A stretch of 63,895 bases of DNA, the filler included, from Octopus bimaculoides (Eukaryota), in the NCBI RefSeq assembly GCF_001194135.2. It is 5 parts of 5 records of this genome, joined end to end, with 100 filler letters (N's around TTAATTAATTAA, not from the genome) between each part and the next. Parts side by side here need not be neighbours in the genome. Positions count along the whole stretch, not along the records: positions 60,031 to 61,654 come from NW_026391807.1; positions 61,755 to 63,895 come from NC_068999.1; 3 more parts are not named here. One strand, written 5' to 3'. Both the position numbers and the translations under genes were made by a program. Within the stretch, counting starts at the first letter, position 1. Every line of letters begins with the position of its first letter. Below, in pieces: positions 61,427 through 63,895 of the stretch. The notes under the pieces were generated by a model. That model saw nothing but the letters and a program-made list of their open reading frames with translations, did not search any database and was not told where the DNA came from.

Positions 61427-61754
61427 TATGAAATATTCAGGAAAATATCTAACTTACTTGTTAGTTGCTTTCTATATTGCTATTTTCGCTGCTGGTGGCC
61501 TTGTTGTTACGTTTGTTGGTTTTGAAATATTGAGTAGAAATATGAATTATACAGACGTGTTCAGTACGATATTTCTAATATTTGATTTGAAAAGATCCCA
61601 GTCCCATTGGCATTTAGATGTCTGATGTCAGAAATAATATAAGCGATCTAAAAGNNNNNNNNNNNNNNNNNNNNNNNNNNNNNNNNNNNNNNNNNNNNTT
61701 AATTAATTAANNNNNNNNNNNNNNNNNNNNNNNNNNNNNNNNNNNNNNNNNNNN

Positions 61755-61789
<35 letters not shown>

Positions 61790-62569
61790 TTGTATCTATG
61801 TGTGTGTGTGTGTTTGCGTGTGTACATATGTGTGAGTGTGTATGTGTGTGTATATATATGAATGTATAATGAGAAGGATGTCAGCAACATAAGACAGACG
61901 TCGGTCAAAACACGGCCTGTAAGAGGAACGCCAAATAACAGCATTAAAATACTACGATTGCAAATTTGATAAGACATTCTGCTAATATATATTACTTACT
62001 TTCGATGCATTTATACACACATACATCCACACACACACATATATATATAAATAGATATGAGTATAGCTACGTGTTGTTATACCTATCAACCTTTCTATCT
62101 TCTAACTTCATGAAACACACACACACACACACCCACACACCCACACACATATATATATATATATATATATNNNNNNNNNNCCATATATATATATTTATAT
62201 ATATATATATATATATAATTATATATATATATACATGCACACAAATACATAACATGAGCATGCAGGCATATTTATATACATGCAGCTGCATGTAGAAGCA
62301 TATCTGTATAGATAATACATCTCGCTGTCTCTTTCTCTCTTTCTTTCTTTCTTTCCGAAGACCTATTATGTAAAATATATCCATATATCAGTATGTTTGT
62401 GTGTGTGTTAGTGTACGTATGTGTTTATTTGTGTGTGTATGTATGTGTGTGTGTGTGTTTTAATGCGTGGGTGTCTGCGCGTCTGTGCGTTTTGGTGTAT
62501 ATATTTAAATATCCATGAATGTATGTATGTATGTATGTATGTATGTATGTATGTATGTATGTATGTATG

Positions 62570-62619
<50 letters not shown>

Positions 62620-63090
62620 GTTACATACATGTGTGTGCTTCTGTCTGTCCATGTGTGTCTTCATATGTGTGATAGTATACATTAATTTCGTTCATATTCC
62701 ATAAATGACATTTCCACAAATCCCCCCAAAATAATGTCGGAGCTTCAGATCTGATAAAACAAGTCATATTGTTCCTGAAAATGAACTATTAATGTCAAGC
62801 TTGATGTAAAAACAAAAATACGATCGCATATGTGAAATACGTGTGCTGGAATCAGACAATCGCGTGGGCAGATGTATATGCATTGTCGTACATAGAAAAA
62901 AACATCGCCGCATAACTGATCTGCAGAGATATTCATACGCGCTCACTGAAAATAGTTCCTCTCTTCTCTATATACGTGTGAAATGAACTGAATGTGAAAT
63001 TGGGTCTCGCAGGAAAGTTTTGCAACAATAGTTACATATAGTTTCATGTCTATATATGTCTTGATGTATACACATCTATACATACATATG

Positions 63091-63232
63091 TTATATGGGG
63101 CACTTGTTAATGGAAAGAGACCCCGGCAGAAACCAAGGCTGCGATTTAAGGACTGTGTCAAGTCCTCACTAAATACCTGTGATATGCAGGAGACTGACTG
63201 GGAGAACAATGCCTGTCACCGCCACAGATGGA
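63091..63232 (+). mobile_element. RTE LINE C-terminal fragment fused to an antisense SINE half
   Basis: LYGALVNGKRPRQKPRLRFKDCVKSSL...DWENNACHRHRW resembles the RTE C-terminus seen at 4692-4892. Confidence 0.65.
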
Positions 63233-63895
63233 TGAAGCAGGTTGTCAAGCGATGTTGGGGGGACAATCACAGACACAGACACACAAACACACACATATAC
63301 ATATATACGACGGCCTTCTTTCAGTTTCCATCTACCAAATCCACTCACAAGGCTTTGGTAGAAGACACTTGCCCAAGGTGCCACGCAGTGGGACTGAACT
63401 CGGAACCATGTGGTTGGTAAGCAAGCTACTTACCACACAGCCAATCCTGCGCCTATATATATATATATATATAATATAACATGAGGATGGAGGATATCAA
63501 ACTTTAATAGTAGATCACAACATTTGTTTCTGCACTGCACACCTGGTTTAAGTTGCTGAGTTTATATTCAAAGACCATTATAGAGAAACATTCTTTATGT
63601 ATGTATGTATGTATGTATGTATGTATGTATCTAGCTATCTATCTATCTATCTACCTATCTATCTCGCCTAAAGCTGAAACCGTACGGTAAAGGGATATCA
63701 CAATCGCCAATTTCCGGCCGTCTACGGTCGCTCCCGGCAGGTATGTACACAATTACATGTGCATTGACTGCAGCATCAGAGTGTTTCAAGTCTTGTTTCT
63801 AGCAGTGTAGGTGGTGTAAAACATTCAGTCATATTTAGTGACATTATTTGTTTTCCTTTTTGGCGATAACTCTGCTAATTACCTGCCATATATAT

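Noticed and set aside
61385-61460. Possible short intron at the SAMHD1-like 5' end (gtaagt ... gtttttcag on the minus strand)
   Set aside because: The upstream frame would contain a stop, and splicing would remove the conserved VFQ residues preceding DAIHG.
61419-61625. Hydrophobic 68-aa + strand ORF head-to-head with the SAMHD1-like start
   Set aside because: It is short and starts at TTG. Hydrophobicity is expected from T-rich sequence, and there is no family resemblance.

Overview
AT-rich, repeat-dense animal genomic DNA. It is most likely a coleoid cephalopod (octopus), inferred from recalled SINE families and microsatellite load, not from a database search. Two convergent nuclear genes for mitochondrial proteins are supported. 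The first is a complete 12-exon mitochondrial processing peptidase beta gene (PMPCB-type, + strand, 8042-24347, 481 aa, intact HFLEH zinc motif). The second is the last three coding exons of NDUFAF3 (- strand, 31326-27234); its 5' exons were not found and are probably lost at an assembly gap. At 60218-61426 (-) lies an intronless, SAM-less, 402-aa SAMHD1-like HD-domain ORF. Its frame is intact, but catalytic positions are replaced (D207N, D311N, H215Y, H233N in human numbering) while most allosteric and substrate-contact residues are kept. This is the most interesting object in the window: a probable pseudo-dNTPase whose Asp-to-Asn codons are all AAT, which A-to-I editing could recode to Asp. 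The rest is fossil mobile DNA: two hAT transposons, a pogo element, RTE, Tx1/L1-like and R4/Dong-like LINE remnants, MITEs of MULE, hAT, mariner and piggyBac type, a Helitron-like element, several tRNA-derived SINE families and many microsatellites. An unexplained promoter-like island with two hairpins and a T10 run (26040-26365) is a candidate small ncRNA gene. Four 100-bp gaps contain the artificial six-frame-stop linker TTAATTAATTAA, so adjacency across them is not biological evidence.
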